DNA of 64,000 nt. Source: Vermamoeba vermiformis (Eukaryota). The stretch spans positions 1-64,000 of the forward strand of contig JBEWZL010000036.1 in NCBI GenBank assembly GCA_045837725.1, given 5' to 3'. The notes under the pieces were generated by a model, which searched no databases, was not told the origin of the DNA, and saw only the letters and a list, made by a program, of their open reading frames with translations. Positions 12,878 through 23,045 of this stretch are shown here, one piece after another (the stretch's first letter is position 1; every line of letters starts with the position of its first letter). The position numbers and the translations under genes are program-made.

Positions 12878-14137
12878 ATGGCTGACTTCTCATATCAGCT
12901 CCTCTCAAAAGAAGATCGAAACGAGTTCGTTGGACCAGATCCCGATGGTAAAGCGCACTACAACAATCCAATGAAGCGAATCATCGCCAGATTCACGCTG
13001 CCGGAAGCATCCGACGCTATTGGTCGCAAAAAAGAATTTATCGAAAAGATCCACAAACTGCTTTTGATTTGTGCCGCAGTTGCAATCATTACATCCGTGT
13101 TCTACCTCAACTACCAATCATTTCCCGAGATCAGCAGCAGCATCAACTCTGACTATTACCAGCAGAAGGGCGAGGAGAGCAAATTATTTCCGCTGCCCGT
13201 GTTTGGACTCTGTTTCTCACGCAGCGGCTTTCGAGGCTGGCATCCAGTAGTGTGGCGCATGTCACAGCGAGAGAACTTTCACGCCGAAGTCACTGCCTCG
13301 TGCGTTCATTGGAGTCCTACCGGTCAGAGAAATTTACTCCGCAATTCGACCCAGCTCCAAACTCCCGTTGAGAGCTACTCGTGCGACACGGATGACATGA
13401 CTGCGAGGTGCAAATCTGTCGTGACCTTCAATCGTGACTTGCAGTGCGTCTCGTTTGGCGATGAGCAATGTCCGATCTGGCAAGCTCTCAGAAGACTCGA
13501 GATTGTCGAGATCCAGCTGCTCGGTTTCTGGAGCCGCATCAACCAATTCCCTGCCACCACTCCCGGGGGTTGGTACGAAAGCTCCGAGGCATTTTTCAAC
13601 AATCCGAGCACGTACCACACGCAAGTCCTGCTCGGCGGCATCACACAAGCAATCCTTGAATTTCACCGCGAAGAGCACAAATTCCCCGACCCCGACAGCT
13701 CCAGCCCATTCGCGTACTTGACCAAAGTGTCTTATCCGACGAGCACTACGACCCTAAACATCATGGACAATCATCTCCAATGCGCGCCAAACACGACTTT
13801 GCTGCGACTGAATCGCATGTGTTATCCAGCAGTCACGACGAACAACATATCCGTAATGGCTATTCCTCTGCCCTTCAGCGTGTTAGAATTGCAACTCCGA
13901 TTAGCCACGACTAAAATTCCGACGACAAAAGAAGAAAATGGCTGGTACTTCATCTATCGCTCGCTCAAGGACATTGGTGGCTTCTCGACGACACTAGCCA
14001 AGATATTGTTCGTGTTCATATCGGTTGTGCTGACGAGAATTATATTTTCGAATCGCAATGCATTTTTCGATGAAGAGATTAGGCTAGCAGTAACGCACTT
14101 CATGGCCGAGCTGAAACATCAGCGACAAGCAAAGTGA
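12878..14137 (+). CDS. Intronless two-TM protein with a Cys-containing extracellular loop; DEG/ENaC/PAC-like trimeric channel topology
   Basis: 419 aa. TM1 LLLICAAVAIITSVFYLNY, post-TM1 PEISSSI..FPLPVFGLC, TM2 SLKDIGGFSTTLAKILFVFISVVL. Confidence 0.5.
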   Translation: MADFSYQLLSKEDRNEFVGPDPDGKAHYNNPMKRIIARFTLPEASDAIGRKKEFIEKIHKLLLICAAVAIITSVFYLNYQSFPEISSSINSDYYQQKGEESKLFPLPVFGLCFSRSGFRGWHPVVWRMSQRENFHAEVTASCVHWSPTGQRNLLRNSTQLQTPVESYSCDTDDMTARCKSVVTFNRDLQCVSFGDEQCPIWQALRRLEIVEIQLLGFWSRINQFPATTPGGWYESSEAFFNNPSTYHTQVLLGGITQAILEFHREEHKFPDPDSSSPFAYLTKVSYPTSTTTLNIMDNHLQCAPNTTLLRLNRMCYPAVTTNNISVMAIPLPFSVLELQLRLATTKIPTTKEENGWYFIYRSLKDIGGFSTTLAKILFVFISVVLTRIIFSNRNAFFDEEIRLAVTHFMAELKHQRQAK

Positions 14138-14277
14138 ACAGGGTAATCTTTTGGAGCTATTTTGGGGTTTGAATAAATAAATTGTTGTGATACCTGTCAT
14201 TCTAAGCGAGATTCCGATCAAACTTTTTTTGACCCTGAAAACGCTTGTATTTCCTCCACCCAAGCACACAATTGATC

Positions 14278-17200
14278 ATGGAGAAGGTACTGATACTAAT
14301 TACGAATACTTTCGAAATCACGATTAGTCAATTTCATTAAATAAAAAAATGAAAAAACACGACAGACAATTCATTAATCTACAATATGTAGTCAACCACT
14401 ATCAGCATTACAACAAGAGAATGTTTCAGGCAACTCGTAGACTTTTCGCAAAGCGTTACTACTATAGAGATAAGTTGGTGCGTGATCAGCAATGAAGAGG
14501 GAATTATACTCGCCACCGTGCTCGAACAAAGCACCAGTATACATTAGTGATGCGCAGTGAGTAAAATGTAAATCTCTTATTTTATGTTAATTCTTTTTAT
14601 TTTGGCAGATTGCACCTACAGAGACGATTCGTTTCAATTGATTTGCGAGGCCCTTGCACAAAGCTCTTCGATTAACATCCTAGATATATTTCGTATTAAA
14701 CTCACTTTTAATTAATTTATTAAATATTAATTTTCATTTATTTTTGGCAGCTGTCCATTCACTTGGACCAGAAGGAGCCTTGCATATCGCCTTGATGATC
14801 AGTAACACCAACTCATTGACTGCTCTAACAATATGGAGTAAGATCACCTTCCTTCGAAGGCAACAAAATTAATGATCTCGGAGCCAGACGGCGACATTGG
14901 ACCAGAAGGAGCGAAGCTAATTGCAGAAAGTATCTCGCACAATCACTCACTGAGGAGGCTCGGAATTAAGGGTATGAAATGGACAACGAATCGTCGCCCA
15001 CTAACAGATCTGAAGCCAACGGAATTGAGGACGAAGGGGCTAACTATCTAGCAAAGGCTCTCGCACAGAACACCTCTCTCACGCATTTAGACATCTCTGG
15101 TATGTATAATATATTTACGAAGGCATATCTCGGTGCTCACTTAGAAGTGCAGATAACAACATTGGTTCAGACGGAGCGCTGGGACTGGCTTCGATGATTG
15201 AAACCAATCAAAGCATCACCGAGCTAAACTTAAAAGGTAATTAAATGCACCATCTGCCATCGATCTAACCCTTGCAGACAACAAATTGAATGACGACGGA
15301 GTGACTGCAATTAAAAATGCGATGGAGCGCAATAGAATTTGTCACAAATGTTGGCTGGACGATGATCTGCCGCATATAAACGCGGAGATTGGCTCTGTAA
15401 TTTCATCGCTGACGAGTCAAGACAAACAATTGCGGAAGATTGAGTCCCTAATTACGTCGGATATCCAGCGGATCTGGTTCCGTCGAATTAAATCTACCGA
15501 CTTTATCGAGGATGTCTGTAGCCTGCCCACACTTCGTGCGAAGCTAAAACAAGAGATTGATTCGATCACAGAGCTCCAATGTTTGTCGAAATTGAATTCT
15601 CCCGTGACGATATTGCTCGATGGTGCGGTAAGTTATTTGCTACTGATTACTCAGCCATTACTTATTTAATTGCCACAAAGAGCTCACTGGTAGTCAATGC
15701 CCTTTGTAAGTACTAGGTACTATTAAAGCTGTAATTAACTGACAATTTAGTGTCCGACCTTGGCCGACCATTTGTTGTGATGACGAGTGTAAGTCCTAGC
15801 ACTCCGTACCAACAATCAAAGTACTGATGATGTTGGCAGTTATTTGGCTTCGAGTCCCTTCTCTCCCTGATTCAGCGTAACCATGGGGACGGCGTGATCA
15901 TTGTCGTGCAGGATGTACACGAGAATCAGAAGCAAGTCAAAGAATTCTTCGAACACTGCAAGCAAGCAAATATCGACACAAAATCTCTAACAATCCTCGG
16001 TAAGCTAGGTCCACACTCCGATGTGCCTCTAACACTACGTAGCTACGACGACAAGTGATCACGCGCACGAATTTTCGGTCGATAAAAGCCTTCCAGTCAG
16101 ACTGGGCGACACCTGTTCTATTCACGAATACCTCCTGGCCACCACACGAAATTCCAAAACCATTAAGCTAGCCAAAGAAGAGTTGCCTAAAATTGCAGAG
16201 AAGCTTGCTGGTTAGTCCAAACATGATTGCAATACCTAACGAATCCGGCTGATGCGTGTCAGGTTGCAAGAGATACTATGGGGCAAACTTTGTGTCGCGC
16301 TTTTGGCACAGCTACACGGAATATACCAACTTGTCGCCGTCCGATGTGGACTCACTGCTCATTGAATCGGCACTTTGCAAAACTGGGAGCGAAGTGACAT
16401 TGGAGGACATTGAACGTGTTCTCGATAGCTCTAGACAGTCTTTTTACGAAGGCCATGCCAAAGCCATGGAGGCCAAGATTATTTCGCCTCAAGACTGTCA
16501 AGAGATGACATTGCGCTTCAATTTCTTTCTACGCCGAAAGAGAATTCGTGTCATATGGCTGAACCAATGGTCGAGCTCTGCGTCTATAAATCTCGGCAGA
16601 CTAAATGAAGTGCAGTGGGAGGTTGTAGAGCACCTCTTATCAATCGAAGTGGCTGTTGGTCAAGTGTGGTGCTACTACCTGCGAGTGAACGACGATTTGA
16701 CTTGGCGACTTGGTCCCCCAATTCGGATCGATCTCCCCTCAGCTCACTCGACCGTAAGTCTAGTAGCATATCTCGAACATCTAACCGAAAGCACGAATAG
16801 GTACACGAGCATGCGAGCGACTTTCTCGAAACAGATAATAACATTCTGCGCGACAAATTGAGACGCCTTGAGGAGTTGAAAGTAGAGCACGAAGCAGCGC
16901 TGCGACTCATCAAACGAAACATTTCCAGTACGACCATTAAATTAGTGCGTCTACCTATATTAACAACATTGCAGACTTTCCTTATGAGGAGCTGATGTTC
17001 GAAGAGACACTTGGCGAAGGATCATTTGGCAGTGTTCGCAAAGCAACGTGGTACAACCAAAAGTTTGCGATCAAAGAACTCAAACGGACTGCTCTAAACT
17101 CGCCCGTGACAGTGCTTGCCGAAGCAAAAATCCTTTCGTAATACTCGCGATAAAGCGTTATTCGTGCTTGTACCTGACAACATTCTTAGGCAAGTGCGTC

Positions 17201-17899
17201 ACAAACACATCGTTCTATTGATGGGCACGTCAACAAATCCTGAGAACAATCAACCTGCACTGGTGCTCGAGTATATGAAGCACGGATCACTGCACGACTT
17301 GCTGGCCAAGCGCAAAGTGAAATTATCGCGGTCGGAAATCGTACAAATTGCATTGGATGTTGCAAAGGGACTCGATCACTTGCACAGCCTCACTCCGCAG
17401 ATTATCCACCGCGATCTCAAGAGTGCCAACATATTGGTAAGGATCAAGACACGTGCTAGACGCGCACTGACCATCGACAGTTGTATCAAAAGAGCAAGCG
17501 AGCCAAGTTGACAGACTTTGGTACTGCCAAATGGTTTAGCCAGGACACAATATTTACAGGCGAGACCGGCACATTAGGTTTTATGGCGCCTGAGGTGCTG
17601 GCTTGGGAGCCAATTTATTCGTACAAAGTTGATGTCTATTCGTATGTCATTACTCTGGCGTTCGTTCGGTGACTAACCTCTGCGGTTGTAGCTTTGGGGT
17701 GGTGTTGTTTCACATGCTCAGTAATGCAGGCCTACCTCCAGTAATTGACGAGACGTCACGAGAGAAACGTATCAACGAAGCTATTCGCAACGAAGATCAC
17801 TTCGATCTGAAACAGCTCGTCATTCACTGCTGCAAACAGAACCCAGCACACAGACCTGACATGAGCGAGGTCCTTGGACGATTGAAACAAATGAAGTGA
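14278..17899 (+). CDS. RNI-like LRR + central alpha/beta domain + TKL kinase; apparent frameshift near 14540
   Basis: LRRs IGPEGAKLIAESISHNHSLRRL and IEDEGANYLAKALAQNTSLTHLDIS. Kinase motifs LGEGSFGSV, AIK, IIHRDLKSANIL, DFG, GTLGFMAPE. Confidence 0.75.
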
Positions 17900-17952
17900 C
17901 ATAACGAATTTACGTAGATTGTAGATTAGGTCGTAGATTGTAATTAGGTTGG

Positions 17953-18688
17953 CTAGTGGAACAGTTTTAATATTTGGCTAATCGGCTCGTTACAAATTAT
18001 GCATTTTTTGCGAGTTTGAAAGGTTTGATCTGCGCATTCAGCACAACACACAAAGTGACCGCAAGGCACGAATGCGTGACTAGGTGGTGCACTATAGCAA
18101 ACAGCACACTCTGCTTCTTGTGGTGTTGGTTGCTGTGCTGCGGGTTGACTCGGTGCTTGCTGAGGCTTTGGTTGCGTCAGATCCAAATCGTACACGATCG
18201 GCGCCGAAGATTTTGTCAGATTTAACTCGATTACAACTGGCTTCATATCTACAAGTGAATTATTAGCTAGTAAAACTTTCTTTGTTTAATCTTACCCGCT
18301 GATAAGGGTGCCCAGTCCTCATTAGGCCACAATTTGACGGCAACAACCTTTGGTTGGTGTTTCACGGCTTTTAAAATGGTTGAAATTAATCGAGCGCGCT
18401 TCAATTCCGTGATGCCCTGTCAAAACAGTCAAAACTAACCTGCGTCACTTTGGGAAACTAACCTGCGCATTTTTCAAGCTTTTTCTGCACAAGGGACATG
18501 TAATTTCATTGCTTCGTTTAAACTCCTAATTAATTAAAAGTTAATCTATTCTTTTACAGTAAAGAATTCGAATTTACCTCCAGATCAAAAGCGGAGTTGT
18601 GACTGCAATTACATCCAATGACCGCTTTTTTAATGCGCTTATTTGTGCCTGGATGCAATAACGAAATTATGACTGGTTGATGCTCCAT
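17953..18688 (-). CDS. Degenerate SP-RING (MIZ) + SIM-like motifs + C-terminal C3HC4 RING fusion protein
   Basis: Spliced sequence MEHQPVIISLLHPGTNKRIKKAVIGCNCSHNSAFDLE|EFKRSNEITCPLC..LWPNEDW..VVIELNLT..IVYDLDLT..CAVC..PCGHFVCCAEC..CIIC. Confidence 0.8.
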
Positions 18689-18794
18689 CAGTGAAGATTA
18701 AAATTAAAAGAAAGGGAATTCGCCAGCCCAAATTTCACAAGCACAAAAACCGAATTTTTGACCGGAACATCAAAAGCAAAAGTTGCGATAAAGA

Positions 18795-19146
18795 ATGGCA
18801 CAAGGAGGAGAGAATATTAAAATATCCGTCCGTGATTGGGTACGTTCTTAAGTCTGTTGATAGCGACATTACTAAATACGCGACGAACAGATGGGCAATG
18901 GTTTGAATGTTGTAGTAAATAGTAAAAATCCTTTAACGGATGTTCAAGCAGCTTATTGCGCTAAGTTCGGCAAAGACACGAGCACTATTAAGTGGGTGTT
19001 CAATAAAAAAGAAGTCGCGATGACAGAAACGCCTGAGAAAGTAAGCAATTCTTCACGTATTCGATCAAACTAATCCATTTATTCAGTTACAAATGACGAA
19101 TGGTGCAAAGTTACATGTAATGGCCGAAACAGAAGGAGGGTTTTGA
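18795..19146 (+). CDS. Divergent SUMO-like ubiquitin-fold modifier (84 aa, C-terminal TEGG-F)
   Basis: Three exons give MAQGGENIKISVRDW|MGNGLNVVVNSKNPLTDVQAAYCAKFGKDTSTIKWVFNKKEVAMTETPEK|LQMTNGAKLHVMAETEGGF*, matching the SUMO pattern PL..L..AYC...G......F.......TP..L.M..G..I....GG. Confidence 0.85.
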
Positions 19147-19292
19147 ATTCACGATTGTGAACAGTTCAATTCTTCATTTTGTTATGTCACAAAAAATCTC
19201 GTGTCCCCAACTAAATAAATTTCAATTTGGCGAATTGAGTTATTATTTCACTTTATTAGACATACTACCAGGTATTAGACACAAACGAATAG

Positions 19293-19988
19293 ATGACCGA
19301 GCTCTCTCCTTCGGTGCGCAGCCTTATGGCAGATTTCAGAAATTTTGAACGACGAGGCATTCGGGTAGGTGCAGTACTCTGAGACGCCGAATCATATTAC
19401 TCACAATCGTTCAAAGGATCGACCTGGCAACTTCTTCGCACGTCCAATTAAAGAAGGAGGCAAGGAAAATTGGTTGCATTGGGAAGCAGGCGTTCCCGGC
19501 CCTGAAAACGTAATTAGAAATTATAGCCCTTGTATATATACGATACTTCGCTAAAACTTTTTGATCGCAGACACCATGGGAAGGAGCAACATACACATTT
19601 ACGATCCAATTCGGTAGTAATCATCCTGCCGTAGCTCCTGTTGTTTATTTCACAGCCCGGATTCTTTCACATGAACGTATTTAGCTCAGGTAGAGTGTGT
19701 TTGAGCTTATTTAATGACGATTGGCACGTGGGAGTCGGTATCTCTCAGGCAAGTGTCATTCTCTTTATTCTTTTTACTCCTAACCGAACCTTTAGATCCT
19801 TCTTGCAATGCAAGATTTGCTTGAAAATCCAAATCCCTATTCTCCTGCCAATAGAGACGCGTTAGAACTCTACACCAAGTAAGTTTTGACACTTGACACG
19901 ATAGTTTGGATCTGATCTTTGCTTCAGTAATATTACAGAATACAACGCACGCATTACGAAACAAAAGGCTCAATACCCACTCTTGTAA
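19293..19988 (+). CDS. Ubc9-like E2 conjugating enzyme; +1 frameshift at ~19655
   Basis: DRPGNFFARP..NWLHWEAGVPGPEN|TPWEG..PGFFHMNVFSSGRVCLSLF..ILLAMQDLLENPNPYSPAN. Catalytic Cys intact. One GC-AG intron at 19749. Confidence 0.85.
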
Positions 19989-20117
19989 AATTAGGAATCT
20001 CCGCCGTTGTGATTCTCAATAAAATTTCAATTTTCGTATTTATTTCAATTCTTCTTTTGTTACTGCAAGAGTCATCGCGCAGCTCAACCTTTGTTATATT
20101 AACGAAACTATTCTAAA

Positions 20118-21350
20118 ATGGGCTGCTGGGTACGTAGTCAGTCGTCTGTTACTAGTAATAACTTCCTGCAACTGCTCAGCTTTCGTTGTGCGACACCGGA
20201 GCAGATAACGAAGGTATTATTTTTTCCATTTCTCCTAAATTTGATGTTGAATTTCTGATTTTTAATTAATTTTAATTGGTGCAGTCGCCGAGATTAAGAA
20301 ACCACTCGCTAAATATGACTATTCGGCACGAGAATCGGTAGAACGACCTTTAATACCGTCATATTCAGGAAATGATCTTAATTACAACGCAAGAGCGGTA
20401 TCTCAGCGACAACAACAGTCGTACAATGGATCTTCGTGGCCAAACACGCTGAAGGACCAGAATGCGAGAGTTATTGCTTCAACTGCTTCTCTGCATGAAA
20501 ACAAGAGACATGCGCCAATCCATCAGAATAATCAAGCGGTCCAAGACACGCCACTCGAGGTCAGCGAGGATCAACCTCTCGACGACTCGATTGTCTATGA
20601 CTTGGACTTGACACAAGTGAGCACGACCGCGGTGTCAGCGCCGAGTTTGTACGTCAATATCATTGGCGGCGTGCCTGTGCGCAAGACTGACTTGCAGAGA
20701 CTTGAGGAGGGCGTCTTTCTCAACGATTCAATTGTCAACGCGTACTCAGAGTATTTGAAGCGCGAATTCCTGCACAACGGAGGAAATCCGAACACATATT
20801 ACTTCTTTCAGACGTTTTTCTACACCGGATTGGCGGACAAAGGCTACAAATTCGTCAAAGAGTGGCTCTCTGAGGTAATTGACCTGCTTCTCGCAGCACC
20901 ACAGCACTCATCGTTGTATTCAGAAAGATTACCTGCATGCGCAATATTTAATAATACCTATCAATGTGTCCAATATACACTGGAAGTTGGCTGTCGTAGA
21001 TCTCGCTTCGTTCCAAATTCAGATCTATGATTCGATGAGCGCTAACGCTCAAAAAGAGGCAAAAGTAAGATCCAAATGATCATTCCACTGACTTGTGGGA
21101 ATATTAACCGTTTCCGTTTCAGAAAATTCAAAAATGCTTCACTAAAGAATTAGGCGTCTCAGCCCAGACTCGATGGAGTATCTGCGCCATGTCAACACCG
21201 AAGCAAATGAATGGCTACGATTGCGGAGTGTTCTTATTGAAATATCTGGAATGCATTCTTTCTAATTCTCCGTTTGATTTTACGCAAGCCGATATTACCA
21301 GTTACCGTAAACACATCTCTCAAATCTTATCAACGTACCGATCCGATTAA
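20118..21350 (+). CDS. Ulp1/SENP (C48) deconjugating protease
   Basis: LNDSIVNAY, FFQTFFY, IIPINVSNIHWKLAVVD (His), IYDSM, PKQMNGYDCGVF (Gln/Cys). N-terminus MGCWLSLC. Confidence 0.88.
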
Positions 21351-21500
21351 TAAATTCAATCTTATTAACACGAAAGAATAGAACAATTCGCTTTTTCAAT
21401 CACAAACTTGAACTTCCGCGCTCCGAAGTCATTTCAGGTTGTGAAATTAATTCAATTATCTGTCAAGTTACCACAAACACTACTCTTACTAGTAACGGAA

Positions 21501-23045
21501 ATGAATATTGAGATAACAGGTATGATCGTCCATAAGCAGCAATGTAAAGAGCATTACGTTAACGAAATGTAGAGTTAATTTCGATCTACTGCCCTTTAAG
21601 CAAGGACAGACTGCAAGATCCCGTTAAAGGCCACCTATGCGAGCATATCCAATGCTTTGACAGAGAAGTGAGTGAAAAGTGAATTTCTTTCGGCATCCGA
21701 TCAATTCTTTCGGAGCTTGGATCCATTTATTCACAATTATTAACCATCTCTACGTAGTCAATAGCCATGTTCAAGTCAATTGTGGATCTGTCCGTGTGTC
21801 CAATTCCAAACTGCAATAAAGAATTGGATCATGTACGTACTATTGGTCATCTACGCTTAGCAAAGTTTTTTAATAAGAGCGCAGGATAATTTGGTGCGCG
21901 ATGCAACTCTCAAAAGAATTTTGGACACCTTATGCACAAACCCTCGAATCGATGACATTGAAAATATCGAATTCAATCCTGCCAACGGCAAGTGGAAGGC
22001 AGTGGGTCTCGACGACGAGCATGTGATTACCGTTCCCAGAATTGGGGGGCTGAGATCCTCTGTTCAATTAAATCAGCAAATGTTGACATCGGTGTCAGGT
22101 GGATTGAAGAAAACCTCCAGTCCACCGATGCACCGCGCGGCTACGAGTCCTAGCCAGACTGATTTCCGCTCTGTTCTAAAGCGGTCTCCAAACAAAGACA
22201 ATCAACCCGTACAAGTTACCCGCAGTGCCAGCCCGGTCAACGCGCCGAATAATAATTTGATTCACCCAGCCAGTCCGAGTCTAGCCAAGAATAATGTCCG
22301 ACGAAATTCTTTAGATCCCATTGTCCATCCAAACCCTGCAAAAGTGCCTCCAAAGAGCCCAGGGGTGAAAAAGATGGGTCCTGCGGGAGTAAAAAAAATG
22401 AACAACAATAACGTCACCGTGAACCCAAACAATTCAAACATTGGTAATTCAGCGATACCTTACACAAATAATGCGAACAATAGGAACAGTTTAAACAGTG
22501 CTGACAACGCGAACCTAAACAATTCAAACGTAGTCAATCCAGCAATCAATCTTAATAAGCAGGTCAATGCCTTCAACGGGCATCAATCAAACAACTCGAA
22601 CGCTAACAACATGAACAATGTCAATACTATGAATATCGCGAACAGCTCAATCCGTGCAACCAACGTAAATAATACCAATCGCAGTCCAGAGGCAACCCAG
22701 CCAACGGTCCAAGTTCAACAACGAGCTACTGACATGATTATCCTATCTGATTCCTTCTCGGATTCAGAGTCTGATTCAGAGTCTTCTTTGCACTCGGCGC
22801 AGTCAGATGTGTATTCAGACTCGGATTCACAAGTAGCCGATAATATCGTTTTCGATCTCGACCTGACAGGCGGAAGAACGATAGTACCGAGCAGTAGTAC
22901 CACCTTGGCACTCATTAAAAACGGTAAGTAATTCTATCAACACTTGTCATTCTAATAGCTCTTAGTGGTGCAATCCAACGTTCGATATTTGACGCCAGAA
23001 GACAGAAGAGCTTGCCGAGAGTTTATTACTTCATTGTTGAATTGA
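21501..23045 (+). CDS. SP-RING (PIAS/Siz/Nse2-like) E3 ligase with Asn-rich linker and SIMs
   Basis: ISIYCPLSKDRLQDPVKGHLCEHIQCFDRE..VCPIPNCNK..NLVRDATLKRIL..FNPANGKW. Later IILSDSFSDSESDSE and IVFDLDLT. Confidence 0.82.

Noticed and set aside
22390-22680. AAC/AAT-rich repeat
   Set aside because: Ordinary Asn-rich low-complexity coding linker within the E3.
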